Shown here: positions 1 through 10,749 of the stretch, in pieces | Layout: each line of letters starts with the position of its first letter | How positions within the stretch are numbered: position 1 is the stretch's first letter | DNA from: Spizellomyces punctatus DAOM BR117 | Taxonomy: Eukaryota | DNA length: 64,000 nucleotides | Direction: 5' to 3' (one strand) | Assembly (NCBI GenBank): GCA_000182565.2 | Contig: KQ257458.1 | The notes under the pieces: generated by a model | The model's input: only the letters and a program-made list of their open reading frames with translations | Databases searched by the model: none | Told to the model about the DNA's origin: nothing | Program-made: the position numbers and the translations under genes

Positions 1-1179
1 CGTCTTACTTTTGGCATCCTCGTAATCGAAGGAGTAAGTAAATATGTTAAACATACTGTGCAACCCACAAGCACTGACTCGCATTTATTCGTAGATTTTG
101 TTGGCGATCTGGCTTAATGTGGACCCTCCTCAGCCCCAGATCCTTTCCGTGACCATGGAGAGACGTTACTGGGAATGCGCTATGGGTGGCACCACTGCGC
201 GCAACGTCCTCAGTGCTATCACAGTGGCCTTTAATGCAGCCATTCTCATTCTAACCACGTACATCGCGTACTCGGTAGGTTTATTGGTCGATGTAATTCC
301 ACAGTGCATATCCTTCCAACCCATTTTATGTGCTCTTAGATTCGCAATATTGCGGCACGGTACAATGAGTCCAAGTTGATCGGCCTTGCTGTGTATAACA
401 TCGTAAGTGTCGAAGTACTAGACAAAGTTGATATATGCGTACAGATTTCTAAAATGTTCCATCCTCTTTCTTGCTAAAACAGGTCGTTTTGGTTACGATC
501 ATTCCGGTATGCTCTCCTTGTGTGCCTCCCAAGTTTGTAGGAAGCTAATCTCCTTTCTCTATTCGTCTTGCAGATCATCTCGGCAACAACCGGAAATCCC
601 GTTGTCATTCCTGTCGGCATTTTAGTTCTAACGTCAGTTGTCTACGCCATCTACTTCCTCCCCAAAGTAATCACCCTCATTACTGGCCTCGAAATCGGTG
701 GCGGCCAAGGCGAGAACAAACACTCACCAAGCAGTTACACTGGCGACTCGGAATCCGGCCATACCGGAACAGATTCTACTGCTAAAGCCGAGAAGAGAGA
801 AATGATCGAGGGCTACGCCGACATTCGCATTGCACGTTCCAAGTTCTTGCTCGGCACCAGCAGATGGGTTCGTCGTCAGATTGTGCTCGTGCCTATGCAA
901 AGCATCATTGCCGAAATTCCAATGGACGAAGCATCCGAGTTTAGAGGCACCACGGTGCTTGTGGAAGAGCTCAAGGTTCTTAATGTGGTGAAGAATGCCC
1001 AGCAAGGGTTCTCTGTCACCATCCAAATCAACAACAAACTCTTTTGGGAAGTCCAGACTGGAAGTGCCGAAACGATTGATCAATGGGTTAATCACTTCAA
1101 GGCCGTACGAGGGTCCCGGAAGATGGTTGATACGTTGTCTCCGCTGCCGTCAAAAGGGACTAGGACAATGTCACAGTGA
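1..1179 (+). CDS. 3' part of a class C-like (7tm_3) GPCR with a C-terminal PH-like cytoplasmic domain; truncated at the window edge
   Basis: Spliced exon 340-402 reads IRNIAARYNESKLIGLAVYNI, the class C GPCR 'FNE(S/A)K.IG' motif. Hydrophobic helices flank it. The C-terminus has WVRRQIVL...WEVQTGSAETIDQWVNHF, which is PH-like. Confidence 0.7.
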
Positions 1180-1918
1180 GCGGATATTTTGTGGGGAACG
1201 CACTTGGATGTTTAGTTTCGTTCATGTTCGGTGTTCATGTAATGTCCTAGAGATGCTTGGCCGTCATCAATTCACCAAATTGAACGTAAAGAGTTGTTTT
1301 GTTATTGTACTTGCTGTGTGTTCTTTAGCATCTCGAAGGCCTCTTTCCCAAGTGTGGCTTGTGTGTGCTTACGATAAGCAGTACGCCAACGTGTTTGATG
1401 ACAAGCTTTTATGTCCGACTGAGCGGGATTATATCTAAGGTTAAGTTAACCCAAGCCATAAGATATTTAATTATATCCTTAGTTAAGTTAACCCTAAGTT
1501 ATTACAAGCGATTAGACATTTACCCACAATGTGACTCTTCGCAGATGCATAGCAAGTTGAGGAGACCTCCTATCATATTTCGATCTAGCTCCATCTCTCA
1601 AAAGATCTTCAGCAATGCACCTTGTCACTTGAACATTACCAAATTGTTTGGTAGCGATATTGAGTTTTGATGGGGCTTGTATGACGATGATGCGAGTTCC
1701 AAGAGGCTCGAGTATCTCCTCCATTTGCCAACTTAGGGTTAGGGATCAAGGAATCTTATTGGGAGAATGCAACTATACAATATACTAAAACTCTACGCTA
1801 AACATAACTATATGCAATATATCTCAACTGAGGAAGATCAGCGAACGGCACTCACCATCTGGGGTAAGCGAGTGGGTGAAACGGCCTTAGTGGGTAGGAG
1901 GCGAGGGAAGAGATATCG

Positions 1919-3139
1919 TTGACAATCCCTGAAGAGAGTGAATTGTTGTGCGTTGAGCAGTGTATCAACAATATTGTAACTGCCCAGACTCAAACCGTCT
2001 GCCATCAGCAAAGAGATGTCATCGGCATAACTCTCCCACCATTCTTCAAGGCCGGGGAATCCCTCGGACATTTCGCAGTCACAGATGCAGCGGCGAGTCC
2101 TAATAGAACCGCAAGCGCTGCAATGCTCAATATAAGGGAGCCAATTCGTTTGCCATTGGACAGCCAGTCGTCGGATGTGTGGGTCAGAAATCTGAAGAGC
2201 GATATCCGGTATAGCATAGCCGAAACGGGGGACCGGGAAGATGTAGTTCTGAGGGATTGGTGTTGTATCTGTCTTCTGCCATCACATTTGTTCGCGAAGC
2301 CTTCGTTTGAATCCACAAACTCTTGGGCAGCCGGCAATCTGCCGTGTGTGCTGGAGGTTGTTGAAGAGCTTTGGGAAGAAATCCTGGATCGGAGAGATAC
2401 CAATGGTCTTGCAGAGATTGCGCTTAACTGCCGGGCTGTTGTCTATGCATTAAGAGATCAGGTTACGGAAGCAACGGAATGTTATGTCACTGGATTCCCA
2501 GCTTTGCAGATTATTCCGTTAAAGGTGGATCTACACATCATCAACTATGAAGCAGATCTTGTCCACATTCAAGCGCGTCTTAATTTCATGCATCAACTAA
2601 AGAAGTCCATTGAGACTATAGAACGACTCATCCCTACGACATTTCAGCCTTCAGACTTTGCCATGTGGTTAGCATATCATCTGGTCCTATTTGGTGCGGA
2701 TACCCTGCTCACGAGAGGACGGATAGAAACTGTCGGCAAAGATTCGATTGTACGAATGCTCCGAAAGTTCACCAAGGCAATGAGGAGCCTTACAGCCGTA
2801 AGCTTCACTAGGGTTCCAGTGAATGCAGGAGAAGGATATCTCAACATGTTGGCGGGACGTGTTTCTGCCGTGACTGATTGCTGGAAACGGGCCGCTTATA
2901 ATGGTAGCATACCAATGCTTTTGCTGCAAGGTCTATTGAAATCCCGCATACTCATGTATGGCCCGGAAGCGTCATATAGTCCCTCGTTACAGGAGGTCAA
3001 GATGGAGCTTGCATCATTAGGTATCGAAAATGAGATTGCTATCGTGGAAGGCTATTTGCACAGAGCGTCTCACCAAATCACGGTTCATGCGACTAATAGT
3101 GCGCTGCCTTCTTCATGTCTTCCCGGCCCAGACTCGTAA
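1919..3139 (+). CDS. Hypothetical protein, long uninterrupted ORF (~406 aa); 5' exons uncertain
   Basis: 1.2-kb open frame with no recognisable motif. Its 3' end overlaps the 3' end of the AAA gene by 47 bp. Confidence 0.55.
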   Translation: MTIPEESELLCVEQCINNIVTAQTQTVCHQQRDVIGITLPPFFKAGESLGHFAVTDAAASPNRTASAAMLNIREPIRLPLDSQSSDVWVRNLKSDIRYSIAETGDREDVVLRDWCCICLLPSHLFAKPSFESTNSWAAGNLPCVLEVVEELWEEILDRRDTNGLAEIALNCRAVVYALRDQVTEATECYVTGFPALQIIPLKVDLHIINYEADLVHIQARLNFMHQLKKSIETIERLIPTTFQPSDFAMWLAYHLVLFGADTLLTRGRIETVGKDSIVRMLRKFTKAMRSLTAVSFTRVPVNAGEGYLNMLAGRVSAVTDCWKRAAYNGSIPMLLLQGLLKSRILMYGPEASYSPSLQEVKMELASLGIENEIAIVEGYLHRASHQITVHATNSALPSSCLPGPDS

Positions 3140-5090
3140 TCTCGATGGTCCGGTCTATATGAGCCTGGCTTAGCGGCAAATGATCATCCTTGGCTAGAAC
3201 AGCGGCGAGGCGCACCGCGTTCTTGATCTGGCGACCGTTCATTTCATGTTTGCCGAGGGAGTCAAAGTCGAGGTTGTTTTCGCAAGGGATATTGAGGCGA
3301 CCGATGAGGTTCTTCCATACCTTGGCTCGAGCCGCGGGAGTGAGCCCATCGTAGCGTAACGCTACGGTCACCCTGCTCTCGAAAGCTGGGTCAAATTCGC
3401 GCACGCGGTTTGTCGTCAGGAACAGGATACCCTGATGGTACTCCAGCAAGCGGAGCATCACGCAAACCATGGCATTGCGAAGGACATCGGATGTCGCACG
3501 CTTCTCCAAAAAGACATCGGCTTCATCAATGATGGTCAGGGCGTTCCAACCGGCACACAGGTCCAGCACATCAGCCAGGCGGCGTTCCATCTCTTCGGGA
3601 GTCGTTCCCAGCTCTCCCATTGTGACGTAGTAGAGGGGACGGTGCAGCGCTTCTGCGATAGCCTCGGCCGTCAGTGTTTTGCCGACACCAGGCGGTCCAT
3701 GCAGCAGGAAGATGGAGCCGCCACTCTTGCCGCCGATAATGTCCTGAAAGTCGTCGTCGCCGCCATAGGTCACTAAAGCGCGGATGAGACGCTTCCGCTC
3801 TTCGGGCAGCACCAGTTGATCAAAAGCGCGGTCGTTGAACTGAATGTTTTCCACGCCGTCCACCAGGACATGACCCCAAGCTTTGAGATTGAAGCTGAAG
3901 GCAACCAAAGCCGGCCAACAGAAAGCGAGCAGCTCGTTCGGAATCTCCGTCATGATGTGCAAGTTCTCGGTCGTAGAACCTTTGCTACCCGAACGCTGCT
4001 CATTCACCCATCGTCGGTACCGAGTGGACAATTGCGTCAGAGCATTTGTTGGTTCGTCAAAGCCCTGGGAGGCGTGGTGGCCGAGCTGGGCGCCGCGCGA
4101 CGCATCAATGATCATCCGGCCCGAGCCGTGGGATTGCGAGCCGGCGGGCCGCGACATGCTGCCTGCTTTGCCTCCGACGGTGTGCATGAAGAAGCTCCCG
4201 GGTTTGTAGTGTAGAAACCTCGCACCGCCCACACCAAATTCATAATATTTAGCTCCGCGTTGGCGAAATAGTGAGAGGTCATCTGCCGCAACGGGGTAGT
4301 AGTTGAGGTCGGTGATGGGACGCGCACGGACGCCCATCCAGCTGCTGAATGTCTCCTCGAACCGGACCACGCCAAAGTGATCCCCGAGGGAGGCGAGGTA
4401 CTCCAGGGAGAGGTGGAAGGTGCGTTCCGTTCCCATGAGCGTCCGCTTTTCCTCAAAGTAGCCCTCCACTACCTTATAGCAGCCCGCGGAGCCGGCGAGG
4501 TTTGTCGTGCCATGGACGGCCCGATCCGGCCGGAAGAGCTCGCCAAAGGCTTCATACACCACGGTCCCGCCGGCGATCATGTCGCGGAAGGTTCGTATTT
4601 CCTCTTGGAAAATCTTCTCTATTTGCTCGATGAGTTCCGACAGTCCGGGAACCTGAATGAGAGCGACCTCCGCGGCGATCTGGAAGCCGAAGACGGAAAG
4701 CTGATCCAGGGTGCGTCGCTTCACGTAGTTGAGAAAGTAGAGCTGTTGAGAGCGATCCGCGTTGCTGGTCATCGTCCGTACGCCATCATTGTATTCCAAC
4801 AAGAGGTAAGACAAACTTCGGAGACGACCAAGGATGTTGTAGAGCTGCGCGGAGGGGATCTCGGTGGAGCGTGTTCCGCCCAAGTATTGGCGTACAATGT
4901 TCTTCAGGGAGATGGCTTTGGCAGCGGCCTCGGTACTCACGTCCGGGAAGCTGAAGACAATGCCCTCCGGCCGTCCGCCCTCGCCCTTGATGAGAAAGGG
5001 CGCCTGTGCGGTGGCTTTGTGCGACACGACGTTTGCGGCAGCTGCAGCGGCCGGCGGAGGCGGCGGTGAGGGAGCTGTTTGCTTCTGCAT
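3093..5090 (-). CDS. AAA+ ATPase (single AAA domain, fungal/protist 'AAA family ATPase' type), apparently intronless
   Basis: Walker A GPPGVGKT, Walker B IIDEADVF, sensor TTNR and SRH FDPAFESR. Probable start ATG at 5090 (MQKQTAP); the ORF extends to 5189. Confidence 0.9.
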   Translation of the reverse strand: MQKQTAPSPPPPPAAAAAANVVSHKATAQAPFLIKGEGGRPEGIVFSFPDVSTEAAAKAISLKNIVRQYLGGTRSTEIPSAQLYNILGRLRSLSYLLLEYNDGVRTMTSNADRSQQLYFLNYVKRRTLDQLSVFGFQIAAEVALIQVPGLSELIEQIEKIFQEEIRTFRDMIAGGTVVYEAFGELFRPDRAVHGTTNLAGSAGCYKVVEGYFEEKRTLMGTERTFHLSLEYLASLGDHFGVVRFEETFSSWMGVRARPITDLNYYPVAADDLSLFRQRGAKYYEFGVGGARFLHYKPGSFFMHTVGGKAGSMSRPAGSQSHGSGRMIIDASRGAQLGHHASQGFDEPTNALTQLSTRYRRWVNEQRSGSKGSTTENLHIMTEIPNELLAFCWPALVAFSFNLKAWGHVLVDGVENIQFNDRAFDQLVLPEERKRLIRALVTYGGDDDFQDIIGGKSGGSIFLLHGPPGVGKTLTAEAIAEALHRPLYYVTMGELGTTPEEMERRLADVLDLCAGWNALTIIDEADVFLEKRATSDVLRNAMVCVMLRLLEYHQGILFLTTNRVREFDPAFESRVTVALRYDGLTPAARAKVWKNLIGRLNIPCENNLDFDSLGKHEMNGRQIKNAVRLAAVLAKDDHLPLSQAHIDRTIEITSLGREDMKKAAHY

Positions 5091-5540
5091 AGGAGAGCTG
5101 CGTGACCGCCGTCGGACTGTTCCAAAGCACCGACTTGACGCACGATCTGATCTTGAAGCGTAAGATGGACAATCGAGCGGATACGCCAAGTGTGTACGTA
5201 ATCAACTGGCAAGCTGCGCCACAAGCGGAAACCGTGTTTTCGATCGACAAGCTTTCAGATCTGAACACTTCAAAAAAATAACCCAGTCAGAATACACTTG
5301 TAAGCCTTGTATAATTGTGAAGGGGGACCTGATTGCAAATAACGGCAGTTATTTTTGGTTGCCACTTCAGAGTGTAAGTCAAGATTGGCAAGCAAGTGCG
5401 CAGACCTGAGTCCGCGCATCATATCACGTGGATCTTCGTGTTGAGTCATCAACGTTGATGCCTTTCAGCTTTGGACACACTTGACAATTGCTATAGATCT
5501 TGCTGGGATATCGTGTTTCAGCGGTAAATAAGTGCCCAAG

Positions 5541-7744
5541 ATGTCTGATATGGACGATGACGATTTTATGGTTGGCACTGCGTTCTCCAGGACCAAACAA
5601 TATTCACTAATAACGGCAACTTCAGCATGAAGACGACGAGGAAGAGTTCGATTTCGACTATGAAGATGAGGACGAAGAGGAGCCCGACGTGGACCTAGAA
5701 AACAAGTATTACAATGCAAAAGGTATAAAATTAGTCGGGCGGTGGATGTTAAAAGTATTTTGCGTACGAATTCATGGTTGCTTTTCAAATGATTACTTTG
5801 CAGGTCACAAGGAAGACGACCCGGAAACTGCCATTAAAGAGTTCCAGAAAGTGGTAGATGCAGAAGAGGAGAAGGGCGACTGGTACGTCTTGCTCAAGAG
5901 TTTTGTCGACGTAAGGTTTACATTCTAATTATTGGTCTCGTGCTGCCAGGGGCTTCAAAGCCCTGAAGCAGATGGTTAAATTGTCATTTGGTCAAAACGA
6001 TTATCAAGCGGTACGAAGCAGCCTGCAATGCGCAAATTATCAATGTCTACTTACTGCTTATCACGCAGACTCTGAGATATTACGAGGAGCTTATTACATA
6101 TGTGAAGAGTGCCGTCACACGCAATTACAGCGAGAAGAGCATAAACAATATTTTGGACTTTGTTTCATCATCACCGGATATGAAATTTCTAGAGGACTTC
6201 TATTCGGTAACCCTTCGGGCATTGGAGGAGGCAAAGAACGAGGTACTGTCTACGGCGACTACCACTCGGCAACCCCAACATCGTGCCTTAATGGTTTACT
6301 GTAGCGGCTATGGACAAAGACGAATCTGAAACTTGCTAAACTATGGCTTGACCGACATGAGTATGCGAGATTGAATAAGGTCGGTTCAGTCGCCTTCGTC
6401 ACCTGCTGAAAGATCGCATGTTCATTGCTGGTGTGATAGATCCTTCGACAGCTGCACCAATCCTGTCAGAACGATGATGGAACTGATGATCAAAAAAAAG
6501 GAACGCTTCTCCTGGAAATTTTCGCATTGGAGATTCAGATGTATACTGAGACCAAGAACAACAAGAAGTTGAAGGTTGCTCATCCTGACAGCTCCGACGT
6601 CAATGCACTATCTCATTGCCACATCACCAAGCATAGGCCCTGTACCAACAATGTCTGCACGTTAAATCAGCCATCCCTCATCCGCGTATTATGGGTATGT
6701 AATGAATAGTCTCACTCTGCCGCCTTCCGGTTGTATGCAACTCACTCCGCTTGTTGTCACACAGGTGTAATTCGCGAGTGCGGTGGCAAAATGCATATGG
6801 GTGAAAGCAAGTATTTTCTAGCACATTATGGAACAGGGGATATGACCGGACTAATCAAGACATGCCGGACCATTGCAGAGGAGTGGGAGAAAGCTCAAAT
6901 AGACTTTTTCGAAGCCTTCAAAAACTATGATGAAGCTGGCGACCCCCAACGTATTCAATGCCTCAAGTCAGTTACAGGTGTTTAGTCGTTTCCATACGCA
7001 GGGATTAACATCTCCATTTAACCCTTTAGATATCTTGTCCTTGCGAATATGTTGATGGAATCACAGATAAACCCTTTTGACTCTCAGGAGACCAAGCCGT
7101 AAGTATCCACATTCATGTAGAGTTGGCTTTCACCGGTACTCATCGATGACTTTGCAAATTTGCGTACTTCCCTTCATAGCTATAAGAACGATCCTCAGAT
7201 CGTCGCCATGACTGATATGGTGAATGCGTACCAAAGAAAAGAGCTCTGGGAAGTCGAAAAAATCCTTCGCAATAATAAAGCAACTATATTGGGTGATCCC
7301 TTCATCCGAACCTACATTGACGATGTCCTCAAGAACATCCGAACGCAAGTTCTTATTAAGCTGATCAAACCTTACACCCGAATCGAGATACCTTTTGTGT
7401 CTAAGGTGAGACAATCCATTGGCAGCTTAAGCTGAGAGTTGTATATTCAGGTTCCTTTCTGGTAGCAATTGAATATATCGACGAGTGAAGTGGAGGACCT
7501 TCTCGTGGGCCTGATATTGGATAACAAAGTTGATGGACGGATAGATCAAGTCAATCAACGCTTAGAGTTACATTCACAGTACGTGATACGGATATGGAAT
7601 GCCAGCATCCCGGGGTACATGCTAACTATAGACCTTTTTCCTCGCAGCTCGACAGACACGCTGCATTATAATGCTCTGGATAAGTGGTCAACCAATATTG
7701 GTGCGCTATATAAATCTTGTATCCACAAAATGAGTGCGGGATAG
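5541..7744 (+). CDS. CSN2: COP9 signalosome subunit 2 (PCI domain), many exons
   Basis: [48 protein letters not shown] and [15 protein letters not shown] are typical CSN2 segments. One GC-AG intron at 6807-6878. Confidence 0.95.
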
Positions 7745-7819
7745 TTTCTGGCTTCAGGCGAATGGGTGGTCTGCTCAATAAAAGCCGGTGCATCGTAACG
7801 ACCTTGTGGATGAGCGGTT

Positions 7820-8387
7820 TCATTTTGAGCTCAAGCTGTCAATCAAGGCTTCCTGCTCATGTTGCACTTTGACGAGAGAGTCCACCTGCACTGTGAGCCT
7901 GCATCGGTGGTGGCTTTAGTTTTGTGTATAAGGGCCTAAGCGCCGAGATGATACGCACCTGTCTAATTCAGCTTGACGCTCCTTGATTAAGGATTGCAGC
8001 TGCTTCTGTGTACCCTTTCTATTCTCCATCTGTTGTTCTGCTCGGTTTCGTAGCCCTATCGCCTGAGGGGGTGTGGATGTTAGGGCAATTATTCATCTTG
8101 TAAAAAAGTCAAAGTATACAACTTTAAGCTTCTCGGATTCGATCTGCTCGGCCTTCTCTTCCATCATTTTGAGGAACATTTCCACAATTTCGTTGAAATT
8201 GCTCACTCCTTCGAAGTCTAATTCAACGGCGTACTATGAAAGAGTCCTCGATCGTATTCAACCTACTTTGCGTAAAATCTTTGCATTCCTCTTTCAGCTT
8301 CTCAGATGTCTCAAATTGAACTGGATCTAGGATGCGTAGCTTAGAAAACTCGTCAAAAATGACGAGGGGGGAAGTGGAGGAAGCCAT
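7820..8387 (-). CDS. IFT20: Intraflagellar transport protein 20
   Basis: Hand-spliced: MASSTSPLVIFDEFSKLRILDPVQFETSEKLKEECKDFTQ / ..NFNEIVEMFLKMMEEKAEQIESEKLK / AIGLRNRAEQQMENRK..QLQSLIKERQAELDR / LTVQVDSLVKVQHEQEALIDSL. This matches the IFT20 pattern (FDE..KLR.LDP, LKEECKDF, EK.KAIG.RN). Confidence 0.92.
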
Positions 8388-8585
8388 ATCGGCTCTCCAT
8401 GGAGAAGAGTTGCCGTCCGCGTCGAGTGCACCATCTATGCTTACATAATCTGTCTGAGCGTAAGCGTGGCTTAGGCTGGTGACTGGATCTTGACATCATT
8501 GCCTTTAGTACACCGATTAAAGTATCCTGTGCAGTTCCCATCTCAATCACAAAAGACGCCAGAAATCACCATACAATAAGCGGAA

Positions 8586-9199
8586 ATGACAGTGCAATCA
8601 TACCGTCCACTTTACACCCTTGTGCTTCGACCGATATCAAGGGGGTTCTATAGCTCACCATGTACCAGGACCCAAAATGGATTCAAAAAGCAATGGGCTT
8701 CTGCCTTTGAATCATCCAAGGAGGAAGACAAGCAACGAGGACGCCATGAGCGAGCACATGCAGTAGACAGAGGTGAGCTTTTGGCTTGGGGAAGCCATAC
8801 GAAAGAAACATTAAATTGAGCCTAATTCCTCTTGTGATGTAATAGCCATTTCTGGAAACACTGGCGATGGCTACAGGTATGCATCTTTTTGCTTCATAGC
8901 GGTTAGTGCTTATTTGTATTAACTTCGCATGATTTCTCTTTTCCAGCGATCTTGCTCGGAAAGGAATGGAAGCAAAAAACATCGATGGACCGGAAGCCAA
9001 TCAGCCTGCCACTAAAACCGACTCTAGCTACATTTCCGAATCCGCCCCCAGTACGTAGGTCGTTGTAAGGCACTGCGAGAGAGGTGGCTAACATGACATG
9101 TCTATGTTAGAACCGGTCATCGGTCTGGAGGACGAACGAGGAGGCTTCAAGAGGTCCAAGGAAGGTCGAGACTTTAGAAAGTCTCCGGAGCGCAAATAG
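8586..9199 (+). CDS. Small hypothetical protein, probably mitochondrial; 4 exons
   Basis: Arg/Ser-rich N-terminus resembling a presequence. Canonical splice sites join in frame to ...APKPVIGLEDERGGFKRSKEGRDFRKSPERK*. Confidence 0.6.
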
Positions 9200-9683
9200 C
9201 TTTACTTTTTACAGCAGATCTCAAATATCATATGGTTGGAATAAGAGCTGTTTTGATGGATTGCCATTCTAGGAGCCGCTTTTACACATTCTGCAGTAGG
9301 TATTGGCAGTGGCGAGGTCTCTGCACTCATGGATAATGCCTTAGAATCCACCTTGAAGGAGTATGTCAACCTTCATTGGTAGGATTTTGAGGATTTTGAC
9401 GTGACAGTTAAGAGAAGCTACGCAGTCTTTTAATATATTTCCATAGTAGATAATGATCCTACCTGATCGGGTGCAAATGTTGATAGATAAATAACTATCT
9501 TGTCTATTCTGCCGTAGCAGATTCATGGTACATCTCTATTTGGCTACTTATGATGGGGTGAGAGTATGACCTTGCTTCTAGGGACCCGAAGGGGCTTCCA
9601 CCGTAATGGTTGTGGACAATCTACTATATGGTTTGAGCCGTTAGCGTTCTTCTCCTGTCGCTACGTATCCAGGCCGAGGTAAA

Positions 9684-10354
9684 TCAGTCGATTTCTTCCA
9701 CTTGATACATCAATCGTATTTGTAACGAACAGCTGTCGCAGGTGACAGTTTGCACTTGCTGCTCTAGTTGTGATTCGCTCACAGTGTACGACCCACCGCA
9801 TCGACATAGGGTGTGGAAAGAAGCCTTTCCTACCAAATCCATCGGGTGAGTAGAATAGTTCAATAGTCCTTCTCAGTGCGCACGGGCTTTTAACCTTCAT
9901 CATACTCCATGTCGTCCAGATCGACTTCTGCATGAATGGGACCGATATTAGCGGTTCTTCTCGCTGTGGCATGATACGAGGGAGTGTCGAGTGGGTACAG
10001 AGAGAAAGGGCATTGCTCAGCAATGTGAAGCTAACTCCAATGCTGTTCACTCCATACCCGATAGTTCAGCGTCATACTGCCTCCGCTTGCATTCGTCGTT
10101 CAGGATCTCCCAGGCTGCTACCACCTCTTGGAAGCGTTTTGCACATTCTTCGGGCCCCGTTTGAACGTTGCCGGATTTCGGTGAATTAACGGTCTGAGCG
10201 AGTTTGTCGGGATGGTACTAGAAACTGGTGAGTCAACCACCAGATAGTAGCAGTTGCAGGATGGTACCTGTAGGACAAGCTTTTGATACTGCTTCCTGAT
10301 TTCTTCTATGGAGGCTGTCTGTGGAACGCCGAGAATTTCATAATGTGTGGGCAT
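9684..10354 (-). CDS. DPH4: Diphthamide biosynthesis protein 4 (J domain + CSL zinc finger)
   Basis: MPTHYEILGV..YQKLVLQ/YHPDK J domain; C-terminal CRCGGSYTVSESQL..VTCDSCSLQIRL CSL zinc finger. Confidence 0.92.
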
Positions 10355-10462
10355 TGCTCGCGAACCTTGTCGGTTGCGTAACAGCAGCCCATTCCACCGC
10401 GTTGCTACCTTCGTAAAGCCGACAGATTTTGCCAACATCATATCCTCTCTCCCAAGTTCATA

Positions 10463-10749
10463 ATGGCTTACAATGTCAGCAAAACCTTGACATTCCTGGC
10501 GCTAGTGGGAGGAATGATGGCAGGTAGGCTCATACGGTACCACCACCAGTAATTTATTATTCATACCCGATCTCATCCTGTAGGAAGCACCGCAGTGCAC
10601 AGATGGCTCAAACCAGATATGGTGAGGACAAAGCCTTGGGATTGCCCGAAATAAGGGCGCTGAAAGGTTACTGATATTGGTTATGTCAGTCTATTCCTGA
10701 CCTTCTAGGGGACCAACCACGACAGTCTGTCAAGCAGCCGCCAAAGTAA
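10463..10749 (+). CDS. 52-aa single-TM microprotein, BRAWNIN/UQCC6 (DUF4516)-like
   Basis: Exons 10463-10523, 10584-10621 and 10690-10749 have canonical GT-AG sites. They give MAYNVSKTLTFLALVGGMMAGSTAVHRWLKPDMSIPDLLGDQPRQSVKQPPK, resembling BRAWNIN 'AM.AGA..VHRYYRPDLTIP'. Confidence 0.72.

Noticed and set aside
1473-1480. Second U12 5' splice site ATATCCTT
   Set aside because: It lies in the AT-rich duplicated element with no upstream exon, U12 branch site or frame-restoring AC.
3435-5268. Long antisense and alternate-frame ORFs over the AAA gene
   Set aside because: Shadow ORFs caused by high GC3 codon bias; no motifs.
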